Positions 37,267-46,338 of a DNA stretch of 64,000 nt are shown here, piece after piece. The stretch lies in the NCBI GenBank assembly GCA_963730915.1, contig CAVSTR010000004.1, forward strand, positions 609,114 through 673,113. Reading direction: 5' to 3'. Each line of letters starts with the position of its first letter. The first letter of the stretch is position 1. The stretch comes from an uncultured Gemmatimonadales bacterium (GTDB lineage: Bacteria; Gemmatimonadota; Gemmatimonadetes; Gemmatimonadales; GWC2-71-9). A model generated the notes under the pieces. It searched no databases, had not been told where the DNA came from, and saw only the letters and a list, made by a program, of their open reading frames with translations. Made by a program: the position numbers and the translations under genes.

Positions 37267-38067
37267 GTGCACGTCCTCGCTCCTGTTCGGGCCGATGACG
37301 AGTACCAGGAGTCGGGACTCGTAACCCGCGGCCGTGACTCTCACGTACTGAGTACGGCAGTTGCCCACCAGCGACAGATCGAACCGGAACCGATACTCAC
37401 CGCTGCCATCGGTGAACGCGACGTACGGCGTGCCCAGCATCTGAAGGTGCGCACCGGCTAGCGGCCGTCCGTTGTCCTGCCGGAAAATCTTCCCTTCGAC
37501 TGTGCCGAGCTCCTGGGACCGTGCTGAATCACTCGCTATGGGTTGTGTGGGAATGCACCGATCGGTGCGCTCGGGCATCCACGCTTCCATTGGCCGGACT
37601 GCCTGCGGTCCCGCGCCCGCTCGAGTGGCGAGCCTCGGCCGGCCGAAGATTCGCCGCGCCTCGGATTCCATGGTGGCGGCCTCCTTCCTTGCTGCCGGTG
37701 CGGCCGCACTTGCTGCTCTAGGCTCCCGCGGTGGATTATCGTTATCCGACTCCGTACCGACGGCCGGCTTTGTTTCCGGAGGGGCATTCGGCTCCGGCTC
37801 GGGAGGCCGGCGGACTGCCGGTGGCGGCGCGCTCGGTCTCGGCGGCTGCGCCGTCGGAGGAGGTGCCGGGGGGGTAAGTGGCGGAACGTAGATCATGTCC
37901 ACCCGGCGCGAGGCAGACTCCTCCCTCTCGTGTTCGTCTTCCGCCACCGCCGCCCGATGCCGGGTGAGGCCGGCGGCAGTCAGCATGATGAGCACGTGTG
38001 CCGCCGCACTTATTGCGAACGGACTCCATGCGCGCTTGTGGGTAGCAGGAGGCGAGAGCTTCAACAA
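37252..38067 (-). CDS. TonB-like N-terminal anchor + Pro-rich spacer with carboxypeptidase-regulatory-like C-terminal domain
   Basis: 271 aa. TM FAISAAAHVLIMLTAAGL. PPLTPPAPPPTAQPPRPSAPPPAVRRPPEPEP spacer. C-terminal GKIFRQDNGRPLAGAHLQMLGTPYVAFTDGSGEYRF. Family-level guess only. Confidence 0.5.
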   Translation of the reverse strand: MLKLSPPATHKRAWSPFAISAAAHVLIMLTAAGLTRHRAAVAEDEHEREESASRRVDMIYVPPLTPPAPPPTAQPPRPSAPPPAVRRPPEPEPNAPPETKPAVGTESDNDNPPREPRAASAAAPAARKEAATMESEARRIFGRPRLATRAGAGPQAVRPMEAWMPERTDRCIPTQPIASDSARSQELGTVEGKIFRQDNGRPLAGAHLQMLGTPYVAFTDGSGEYRFRFDLSLVGNCRTQYVRVTAAGYESRLLVLVIGPNRSEDVHLRRR

Positions 38068-38114
38068 ACGAGGCGTTCCTTGGATGGTGACCGGTCCCCG
38101 ATGAAGATAACCGC

Positions 38115-38834
38115 GTGGATTTGAACGCCTGGAATCCTCATGCTGCCGCGATGGAAGCGTTCCATCGTGGAAAGCAGGATGCGACTATCGTGGTCTATGA
38201 CGACTTCGAGCGCGACGAAGCGCCCATAGCCTACTTCTTCCGCAGCCCCGCCGAGTTTCCTCCCATGGAGCAGCTGGCCCTGGAGCTCTGTCGGGGGAGA
38301 GTTCTCGACGTCGGCGCCGGCTCCGGCTGCCACTCGCTGGCCCTCCAGGAGCGCGGGCTTGAAGTCACGGCGATCGAGATCCTTCCATCCCTGGTTCGCG
38401 TGCTCCAGGAACGCGGAGTTCGGGATGCACAGTTGGCCACATGGATGGACATCGAGGCGCCGCCCTTCGACACCGTTTTGATGATGATGAATGGACTCGG
38501 ACTGACGGAGACCCTCGATGGCCTCCGCGAATTCTTTCGCGAGGGCCGACGTCTGGTGGCGCGGGGCGGGCAGGTGCTGGCGGACTCGACCGACGTGCGC
38601 GCGCGTCTAGACCCGGAGTCGGGGCGAACCGGCGCGCTCGAGCGCGCGGACGGGCGCTATATAGGAGAGCTGCACTTCCAGCTGGAGTATGAAGGGCGCA
38701 AGGGCGACCCGTTTCCGCAGCTCTACGTCGACGCCAACACGCTCAAACGCATTGCCCGGGAAGAGGAGTGGAGCTGTGATATCGTGATGGACCCCGACGA
38801 GTACGGACATTACCTGGCGCGGCTGACCCCGTAG
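38115..38834 (+). CDS. class I SAM-dependent methyltransferase
   Basis: 239 aa. SAM motif I VLDVGAGSGCHS and post-I acidic residue (VTAIEI). Confidence 0.75.
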   Translation: MDLNAWNPHAAAMEAFHRGKQDATIVVYDDFERDEAPIAYFFRSPAEFPPMEQLALELCRGRVLDVGAGSGCHSLALQERGLEVTAIEILPSLVRVLQERGVRDAQLATWMDIEAPPFDTVLMMMNGLGLTETLDGLREFFREGRRLVARGGQVLADSTDVRARLDPESGRTGALERADGRYIGELHFQLEYEGRKGDPFPQLYVDANTLKRIAREEEWSCDIVMDPDEYGHYLARLTP

Positions 38835-38840
38835 CGCACG

Positions 38841-40559
38841 TCAGTCAGGAAGCGGCTCACCCACTTTCCACCCGGCGCGATCCAGCCGATCGAACAATCC
38901 GAGAACCTGCGGGCGGTCCTGGTGAACCGATAGCACCAGCAGATCGCCGGGGCGAGCCCAGGTGAGCGCTTCGCGCACGCCCTGCAGCTCGCTCGGAGCG
39001 CAGGTTATGGACGAAGCCGGTGTTCCCAGGCGGGTGAACTCATCCGCCAGTAGCGCCGGCAGCTCGCCCATGGTGCGGCCGCGGAGGTACTGATCCGTAT
39101 CCTTGACGATGATGTGGTCGGGTTGAAGGTTCGACGCTACTCTCGCCATCTCACGGATGGCATCGTCCGGGCGGTCTCCCGCCCCTCCCACCATGACCAG
39201 CCGCCGATCGGCGGGAATCCCCTTCGCCAGCCCCACGAGGGCGGACATGCCGTGGGCATTATGCGCGTAATCCACCAGGATCCGCGCCCCGCCTACCTCA
39301 TACATGTTTCCCCGGCCTAGGTTGTCCTCCGGTCTGCTTCCGAATGACCGCAGTGCTTCGGTGATCGCGGACGACGGAATGCCCAGCTCGGTTGCGACGG
39401 CCACCGCCGCCAGCGCGTTCGACACGTTGTGCCGCGCCGTTCCGCCGAACGTAAATGGCACATCCGTGATTCGGATCATGGGGGTACGGGATGCCCCGCG
39501 TATCAGAACGATGTGCTCACCATCCGCGATCACGGCGGCCCCGCCGCGGGCGACATGCGTTCTCACGAGGGCCGACGTCCCAGCCAGCGAAAACCAGATG
39601 ATCGGTGTCTTCACTCTGCTGCTGGCCCGGACCAGCTCGGCATCATCCGCATTCAAGACCAGCGGCCCACCCCCCGAAAGTGCGCGGGCCACCAGCAGCT
39701 TCGTCTCGGCCAGCTGCGCCAGGCTTTCGACGCCGAACTCGCCCAGGTGATCCTCCGCGATGTTCGTCACTGCCGCAACATTCGCCCGCGACGTGGCCAG
39801 GCCTCGCCGGAGAATTCCTCCCCGTGCCGTCTCCAGAACCGCGATCTCCACGGCAGGGTGACGCAAGGCAAGGCGGGCTCCGCCCGGTCCGGAGAAATCT
39901 CCTTCCCCGATCGTCTCACCATTCACCAGGACTCCCTCGGTCGAGGTCACGCCGGGGACTCTTCCTGCTGATCGGATCATGGCCGACAGGAGCCGCACGA
40001 CCGTCGTCTTGCCGTTGGAGCCGGTGATGAGCGCGATCGGCACGTCGTGGACCTTGCTCCACTCGATGGCGGTTGCCTCGGGTATGGAACGCACCGGCCA
40101 GACCAGGGCGCCGGTGCCGGACCCTACCGAAGCCAGATCTTCATCGCTCAGGAAGGTCAACCCGCGCGACTCGGCGGCTTCCTTGAGCGCCACCAGCCTC
40201 GGGTTTCCCTCTTCCTCGATGATTCCACGCAGGCGGAGGATGACCGGGGAGAGATCGGGTCGGCTCCTGTTCTCGAGCTCGGATGCTGCTACCTCCCACG
40301 CCTCCTCGACGAGCTCGGTGGCCGAGTACAGTCCGTCCACCGGCGCGCTGACCGCGAGACTCACCCCGCCGCGGAACGGTCGGCTCACGATGCGCTCACC
40401 CTTCCAGCCGACGGCATCCAGAAGGCTCCGTGCCGCCTTCTCCCACGCCGCGGCCGCCTGGGCAACAGGCTGGGCTTCCAGTGCTATCTCGAGCACCGCG
40501 CCGGGTCTGTCGAGCAAGAGGCCCGGTCCGGTGAGACGACGTGAGTCGAGAACGCGCAT
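38841..40559 (-). CDS. cyanophycin-synthetase-derived N-domain + Mur-ligase (M) domain protein lacking the ATP-grasp domain
   Basis: ORF 38841..40616. The likely start is ATG 40559 (MRVLDSRRLTGPG..., parallel to the CphA N-termini). Mur-ligase P-loop IALITGSNGKTT, VLETARGGILRRG, NIAEDHLG, ILVDYAHN. No ATP-grasp motifs between the N domain and the P-loop. Confidence 0.75.
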   Translation of the reverse strand: MRVLDSRRLTGPGLLLDRPGAVLEIALEAQPVAQAAAAWEKAARSLLDAVGWKGERIVSRPFRGGVSLAVSAPVDGLYSATELVEEAWEVAASELENRSRPDLSPVILRLRGIIEEEGNPRLVALKEAAESRGLTFLSDEDLASVGSGTGALVWPVRSIPEATAIEWSKVHDVPIALITGSNGKTTVVRLLSAMIRSAGRVPGVTSTEGVLVNGETIGEGDFSGPGGARLALRHPAVEIAVLETARGGILRRGLATSRANVAAVTNIAEDHLGEFGVESLAQLAETKLLVARALSGGGPLVLNADDAELVRASSRVKTPIIWFSLAGTSALVRTHVARGGAAVIADGEHIVLIRGASRTPMIRITDVPFTFGGTARHNVSNALAAVAVATELGIPSSAITEALRSFGSRPEDNLGRGNMYEVGGARILVDYAHNAHGMSALVGLAKGIPADRRLVMVGGAGDRPDDAIREMARVASNLQPDHIIVKDTDQYLRGRTMGELPALLADEFTRLGTPASSITCAPSELQGVREALTWARPGDLLVLSVHQDRPQVLGLFDRLDRAGWKVGEPLPD

Positions 40560-40715
40560 GGCCCAATAGTATCCTGGGAGAGGGAGAGAGCCAGTCAGGA
40601 AAGTGCGATGGGTCACTGACGCTATTATCCGGTACCGCCACCCTCATAGGCACGGAACCGCTCGGATGACGCGGCACGAGGATACGCACTCTCATTGTTA
40701 GATAGATCACCCGCC

Positions 40716-43376
40716 ATGTCTCAACCCGCGATCACCGCGGAATTGCCTTCGCTCGATCCCACCGAGCTGGAGATCACCCGGATCCGTGCCCTTCGGGGCC
40801 CCAACTATTGGCGCCTTGCGCCGGTGGTTGCGTGTGATGTTCGGCTCGGTGGACTCGAGTCGCTCAGCACCGCCGATGTGCCGGGTTTTACCGAGCGCCT
40901 GCTCCATGCCATTCCGAGTCTTCGTGAGCACCCCTGCTCGCGGGGGCATCCGGGAGGATTCGTCGAACGCCTCACCGAAGGCACCGGCTGGCCTCATGTC
41001 CTGGAGCATGTAGCTCTCGAGCTTCAGAGCCTCGCCGGCACGGACGTCGATTTCGGCCGCGCCACCGAATCCGGTTCCCCCGGGCTGTGGTGGGTCATCG
41101 TGGAATACGATGAGGAGGAGCTCGGCGTCGCCAGTATTCGGCAGGGCACTACGCTGATGCGCGCCTGCCTGACCGGCGAGAGCATAGACGCCGCCGCCTT
41201 GATTCAGAGCCTTCGTGACCTGTGGCACGACGTACGACTCGGTCCGTCAACGGGAGTGATCGTAGAGGAAGCTCGTCGCCGTGGCATTCCGGTGCGCCGG
41301 CTCGGCACCGGCTCGATGGTCCAATTGGGACTCGGCCGCCACCTTCGCCGGATTCAGGCGACCACAACGGATACCACCAGTGTGATCGCCGCCGACATCG
41401 CGCAGAACAAGGATCTCACCAAGCGCATGCTCGAAGGCATCGGCCTCGCCGTTCCGGGTGGCGCTGTCGCTCGCGACGTCGAGCGGGCCGTGGAGATCGC
41501 CGGGGAAATCGGCTTTCCTGTCATTCTGAAGCCGCTGGCCGGCAATCAGGGCAGGGGGATCTCACCGCGACTCGACGACGAGCAGGCCGTTCGTGATGCC
41601 TGGACCCGCACCGCCGACGCATTTCCGGACATGGTGGTCGAACGGCATAGCGTAGGACGGGATCACCGGGTCCTGATCGTGAATGGCAAAGTGGTGGCGG
41701 TAGCCGAGCGGATTCCGGCTCATGTGATCGGGGATGGGCGGAACACCATTCACGAGCTCATTGCGGAAGCGAATGCCGATCCGCGCCGAGGCCGGGGGCA
41801 CGCGCGCATACTCACCGAAATTCCGGCCGATGATGCCACGAGCGAGTATCTGGCGCAGTCGGGGTTGACGCTCGACAGCGTGCCCGATGCAGGAGAGCGC
41901 GTGCTGCTCCGTTCCACCGCCAACCTCTCCACCGGCGGCACCTCCATCGATCGTACCGACGAGATCCATCCCGACAACGTGACTGCGTGCGAGATGGCGG
42001 CCGGGGTCATCGGCCTGGACATCGCCGGCCTCGACGTGCTCACCCCCGACATCTCACGGCCGTTCCATGAGAACGGAGCGGTGATCATCGAGGTGAATTC
42101 CGGGCCCGGCATCCGGATGCACACCCATCCGGCAGAAGGAAAGCCCCGGAACGTCGGCGGGGCCATTCTCGACATGCTGTATCCGCCCGGCGCGCGCGCA
42201 ACCATTCCGATCATCGCGGTCACCGGCACCAACGGCAAGACAACCACCACCCGGCTCGTCGCCCACTTGTTTCGGGCGACCGGTCTCACCGTCGGGTTCA
42301 CCACGACGGACGGCGTGTATCTCCAGAACCGCATGGTGGTGCAGGGAGACATGACCGGTCCCTTCGCGGCCAACGTCGTATTGTCCAATCCGACCGTGGA
42401 TCTCGCTGTACTCGAAACGGCTCGTGGCGGGCTGCTTCGGTCCGGGCTCGGCTTCATGGAGTGCGACGTCGGCATCGTCCTCAATGTCGCGGCCGATCAT
42501 CTCGGCATCGGCGGCATCGACACCATCGAGCAGCTTGCAAACGTGAAGAGCGTCATTCCTCAGGTGGTGAAGCGTCGCGGCCACGCGGTGCTCAACGCCG
42601 ATGATCCCCTGGTGTACGGAATGGCCGAGCGCACCCGGGGTGACGTCGTTCTGTTTTCGGCGCAGCCCGGGCGGTCGAACCCGCTGGTGGAGCAGCATGT
42701 CGAGGACGGCGGGACCGCGGCTACTATCGAAGAGGATGAGACCTTCGTGGTTCGGCGGGGTCGACTGTGTATCCCGATCGCTTCTGCTCGCGATGTGCCG
42801 CTCACGCTCGGCGGGGCGGCCCGCTTTCAGTATGGAAACATCCTGGCCGCCGTGGCCGCGGCCTACGTGCAGGGCATGCGCTACGAGGACATCCGCTCCG
42901 GCCTTCTCTCCTTCTTCCCTTCGCCGTCACTCACACCGGGTCGCCTGAATCTCCTTCGGGTGGGCAGGGGCCGGGTGCTGGTGGACTACGCCCACAATCC
43001 TGCCGCTGTCGAAGGCCTCATGGATATGGTCCGTCGCATGCCCGCGCGCCGGCGGATCGGTGTGGTCACCGCGCCGGGAGACCGCCGGGACGAGGACCTC
43101 CGGGCCGTGGGCCGCCGCTGCGCCGGGCTCGATCATGTGATCCTGAAAGAAGATGAGAACCGCAGGGGCAGGTCTCCCGGAGAGATCGCGCAGGTCATCC
43201 GTGAAGGGCTGCTGGAGTCGGGAATCTCAGCCGATCAGGTGACCACCGTCTACAGCGAGATGGATGCGGTCGAGCATGCGGTGAGGGAATTAGGCGATCA
43301 GGACCTGGTAGTGATTCTGGTCGACGATGTTCCCGCGGTGCTGGAGCAGCTCCGGCTGCATCGGGCGACGCCATAG
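40716..43376 (+). CDS. cphA: cyanophycin synthetase (full-length N-G-M)
   Basis: ORF 40695..43376 (TTG). ATG 40716 is preferred. ATP-grasp region (ILKPLAGNQGRGIS, ANLSTGGTSID, EVNSGPGIRMH). M domain (AVTGTNGKTTTTRL, VLVDYAHNPAA). Confidence 0.9.
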   Translation: MSQPAITAELPSLDPTELEITRIRALRGPNYWRLAPVVACDVRLGGLESLSTADVPGFTERLLHAIPSLREHPCSRGHPGGFVERLTEGTGWPHVLEHVALELQSLAGTDVDFGRATESGSPGLWWVIVEYDEEELGVASIRQGTTLMRACLTGESIDAAALIQSLRDLWHDVRLGPSTGVIVEEARRRGIPVRRLGTGSMVQLGLGRHLRRIQATTTDTTSVIAADIAQNKDLTKRMLEGIGLAVPGGAVARDVERAVEIAGEIGFPVILKPLAGNQGRGISPRLDDEQAVRDAWTRTADAFPDMVVERHSVGRDHRVLIVNGKVVAVAERIPAHVIGDGRNTIHELIAEANADPRRGRGHARILTEIPADDATSEYLAQSGLTLDSVPDAGERVLLRSTANLSTGGTSIDRTDEIHPDNVTACEMAAGVIGLDIAGLDVLTPDISRPFHENGAVIIEVNSGPGIRMHTHPAEGKPRNVGGAILDMLYPPGARATIPIIAVTGTNGKTTTTRLVAHLFRATGLTVGFTTTDGVYLQNRMVVQGDMTGPFAANVVLSNPTVDLAVLETARGGLLRSGLGFMECDVGIVLNVAADHLGIGGIDTIEQLANVKSVIPQVVKRRGHAVLNADDPLVYGMAERTRGDVVLFSAQPGRSNPLVEQHVEDGGTAATIEEDETFVVRRGRLCIPIASARDVPLTLGGAARFQYGNILAAVAAAYVQGMRYEDIRSGLLSFFPSPSLTPGRLNLLRVGRGRVLVDYAHNPAAVEGLMDMVRRMPARRRIGVVTAPGDRRDEDLRAVGRRCAGLDHVILKEDENRRGRSPGEIAQVIREGLLESGISADQVTTVYSEMDAVEHAVRELGDQDLVVILVDDVPAVLEQLRLHRATP

Positions 43377-43387
43377 CTGCCGGCGCT

Positions 43388-46180
43388 CTAGTCGTCCGTC
43401 TCCCCCCGAGCGATTCGGACGCCGCGAGTATCCCGCACGAACTCCCGTCGCTTGTCGTCCATCATCGTCGCAACTCCCGCCATCGATATCTCAGGCTCGG
43501 ATATTCTGGTACGCTCGGATGGCAGCGCGGCTGCGTCGGGCCGGAACTGAATGACCTGCTTCCAGCTCCGGGTTATGGCGTCCGCGAAAATGAGGACGAG
43601 GTCACCCGGCCGGCCTTCTCTGAGCGCGGCATCCACCGCCAGCGCCTCTTCTGGAATGATCGAGATACGCTCCGCTTCCACTCCATTCTCCAGCAGCGCC
43701 TTCTGCAGCAGCTTCGGCACCTCGTCCCCGCCCCGGCCCCGGAGCTGATCGTCTCGCCGGCAGATGAAGTAGTCGAAGTGTCCCGCCGCAATCCTTCCCA
43801 GCTCCGCGATATCCTCGTCCCGCCGGTCGCCTGGTGCCGACAATACGCAGACTCGCCGGCCGGTTATCTCCAGCCGGTCTACCAGCACGCACATCGCTTC
43901 GATCGCGGCCGGATTGTGCGCGTAGTCGAGGATGACCTGGAACGGATGCTCGTCGTAGATGTTCATCCGGCCCGGCGCCTGAAAGAACGTCGTATCGAAG
44001 GTCCGGAGCCCGTGCCGGATGTCTTCCAGCTTGAGCCCCATGCTGAACGCCATTGCCGCGGCGAACATCGCGTTCTGAACGTTGTGGAGCGCGCGGCCTT
44101 CCAGCGTAGCGGGTATGAGGTGGGTCCAGAGGAGGGGAATGTGGGCGCCGTGATCGTAGATGGTGATCATGTGCCCCTTGATTCCACTCTCCAGCACCAC
44201 GCCGCGTCCGCCCGCCTTGATGTGCTCGCCCACCAGCTCGTGAGTCGGGTCCATCGTGACATAGCAGAGATGGGTGGCTTCGGTATAGTCGGCCATCTTG
44301 AGACAGAGCGGATCGTCGGCGTTGAGAATCGCGGTATCCCGGGCGACCTCGATCACAATGCGCTTGACTTCGGCCAGCTGGTCCAGCGTCCCGATGCCGC
44401 GGAGGCCGAGGTGATCGGACTTGACGTTGAGCACCGCGCCAACATCGCAGTGGCGCACGCCCATGCCGGCGCGGAGTAGTCCGCCCCGGGCAATCTCGAG
44501 CACCGCCACATCCACCGACGGATCGCTGAGCACCATCCGGGTGGCGACCGGCCCCGTCATGTCGCCAGCCACCGTGCGCTGACCGTTGATGTACACGCCG
44601 TCGGTCGAGGTGAGGCCCACGTGGCGCCCTGCAAGCTTCTGAATGTGCGCCAGCATCCTGGCGGTGGTCGTCTTCCCGTTCGTTCCCGTCACCGCCGCGA
44701 TCGGTATCCGGCTCGGCGAGCCCGGTGGAAACAGCATGTCCATCACCGGCCCACCCACATCGCGCGGCCGGCCCTCGCTCGGGGCCATGTGCATGCGGAA
44801 TCCGGGCGCGGCATTCACCTCGCAGATGGCGCCTCCGACCTCCTTGTACGACTCGGTGACGTCGGTCGTCAGGAAGTCCACGCCGCCCACATCGAGGCCG
44901 ATCGCCTTCACCGCACGCACCGCCATCTCGATATTGTCGGGATGCACGTGATCCGTCATGTCGGTCGCGGTTCCGCCGGTCGAGAGATTGCCGGTGGACC
45001 GAAGGAAGACGCGCTCACCATCATCCGGAACGGTATCCCTGGTATATCCCTTCTTCGCCAGCATGGTCTCGGCCTGGTGATCGAACAGCAGGCGGGTCAG
45101 CACCTTCTCGTGCCCGACACCTCGGCGCGGATCCTGGTTCACCATGTCGACCAGCTGCTCGATCGTATGAATGCCGTCGCCCATCACGTGCCCCGGAAGC
45201 CGCAGTGCCACCGCCACCAGCTCGCCGTTGATCACCAGCATTCGGTGGTCCTCGCCGGTGATGAAGCTCTCGACGATGACGCTGCGGCTGTGCTCCCGCG
45301 CCACCTCGAAGGCCTCCGCCACCTGCTCCCCGCCCGTGAGATGGATCGAGATGCCCCGTCCATGGTTCGCGTTGTATGGCTTCACCACCACCGGATAGCC
45401 GATCCGCTCAGCCGCGGCGACGGCGTCCTGCGCCGTCTGAACCAGGCGCTGCTGCGGTACCGGCAGACCCAGGTTGCCCAGGATCCGGTTGGTCTCCTCC
45501 TTGTCGGAGGCAAGCTCGACGGCAATGTGGGAGGTCCGGCTGGTGACGGTGGCCTGGATCCGCTGCTGGTAGCGGCCATGGCCAAACTGGATCAGGCTCT
45601 GATCGTTGAGACGTATCCAGGGAATTCGCCGCTCCTCCGCGGCGCGCACCAGGGCCATGGTGCTCGGGCCAATCGCTCGGCGCTGCGCGAACCGGATGAA
45701 CTCGTCGCGCTCGGCGGCAAAGTCGAATCCCTGCGGAACCGAGCCCTCCGGCCGGAGCTCGGGCGGCAGCAACGAGTGAAGCAGGACCAGCGCCAGCCGG
45801 CCCGCCTCGACTCCCACCTCTTCCTGTTCGTATTGATAGACCACGTAGTAGTGGCCCCGCGGTCCGTGAGAGCGGGTCTTGCCGAAGGTGACCTTCTCTC
45901 CCGCCACGTTCTGAAGCTCGAGCGCCATGTGCTCCAGGATGTGGCCCATCCACGTCCCATCGCCTTCCGTGAGGCGGCGGATGAATCCACCCGGCTTGCC
46001 ATAGGAGCAGCCGTGATCCTTCAGGCCGGGCAGGGCCGCGATCAGGGGGTCGGTGAACCTCGGCCCCAGCTTCCCCGACGGCCAGTCTTCCAGTGGCCCG
46101 AGGTCGATGTGGAGCCGGATGACGGGAAAGTGAGCGTAGAGGCTGGGTCCGACGAATACGGCCTTGTCGAGTATGAGCAT
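43388..46180 (-). CDS. cphA: cyanophycin synthetase paralog (full-length N-G-M)
   Basis: 930 aa. VVKPYNANHGRGIS, GNLSTGGTATD, EVNAAPGFRMH, AVTGTNGKTTTARM, VILDYAHNPAA. Convergent with the other cphA, with an 11-bp gap between stops. Confidence 0.9.
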   Translation of the reverse strand: MLILDKAVFVGPSLYAHFPVIRLHIDLGPLEDWPSGKLGPRFTDPLIAALPGLKDHGCSYGKPGGFIRRLTEGDGTWMGHILEHMALELQNVAGEKVTFGKTRSHGPRGHYYVVYQYEQEEVGVEAGRLALVLLHSLLPPELRPEGSVPQGFDFAAERDEFIRFAQRRAIGPSTMALVRAAEERRIPWIRLNDQSLIQFGHGRYQQRIQATVTSRTSHIAVELASDKEETNRILGNLGLPVPQQRLVQTAQDAVAAAERIGYPVVVKPYNANHGRGISIHLTGGEQVAEAFEVAREHSRSVIVESFITGEDHRMLVINGELVAVALRLPGHVMGDGIHTIEQLVDMVNQDPRRGVGHEKVLTRLLFDHQAETMLAKKGYTRDTVPDDGERVFLRSTGNLSTGGTATDMTDHVHPDNIEMAVRAVKAIGLDVGGVDFLTTDVTESYKEVGGAICEVNAAPGFRMHMAPSEGRPRDVGGPVMDMLFPPGSPSRIPIAAVTGTNGKTTTARMLAHIQKLAGRHVGLTSTDGVYINGQRTVAGDMTGPVATRMVLSDPSVDVAVLEIARGGLLRAGMGVRHCDVGAVLNVKSDHLGLRGIGTLDQLAEVKRIVIEVARDTAILNADDPLCLKMADYTEATHLCYVTMDPTHELVGEHIKAGGRGVVLESGIKGHMITIYDHGAHIPLLWTHLIPATLEGRALHNVQNAMFAAAMAFSMGLKLEDIRHGLRTFDTTFFQAPGRMNIYDEHPFQVILDYAHNPAAIEAMCVLVDRLEITGRRVCVLSAPGDRRDEDIAELGRIAAGHFDYFICRRDDQLRGRGGDEVPKLLQKALLENGVEAERISIIPEEALAVDAALREGRPGDLVLIFADAITRSWKQVIQFRPDAAALPSERTRISEPEISMAGVATMMDDKRREFVRDTRGVRIARGETDD

Positions 46181-46226
46181 TGATGGTTCTTCCGAGGATC
46201 AGATTACCGAGCATTGTCATCCTGCA

Positions 46227-46338
46227 GCGCCGCTGCCCCGCTGCCCCGCTGCCCCGCTGCCCCGCTGCCCCGCTGCCCCGCTGCCCCGCTTACCCGCTGC
46301 CCCGCTGCCCCGCTGCCCCGCTTACCTGCTCGCCCGCT
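46227..46338. repeat. tandem octamer array (GCCCCGCT, about 14 units, 10 perfect) between cphB and the cphA paralog
   Basis: Perfect units start at 46235, 46243, 46251, 46259, 46267, 46275, 46283, 46299, 46307 and 46315. Variants are GCGCCGCT, TACCCGCT, TACCTGCT and CGCCCGCT. Preceded by a TGTCATCCTG box at 46215. The minus-strand transcript would carry (AGCGGGGC)n. Confidence 0.9.

Noticed and set aside
44621-46183. 520-aa plus-strand ORF antisense to the cphA paralog
   Set aside because: The minus-strand product has full CphA motifs. The plus-strand translation has none.
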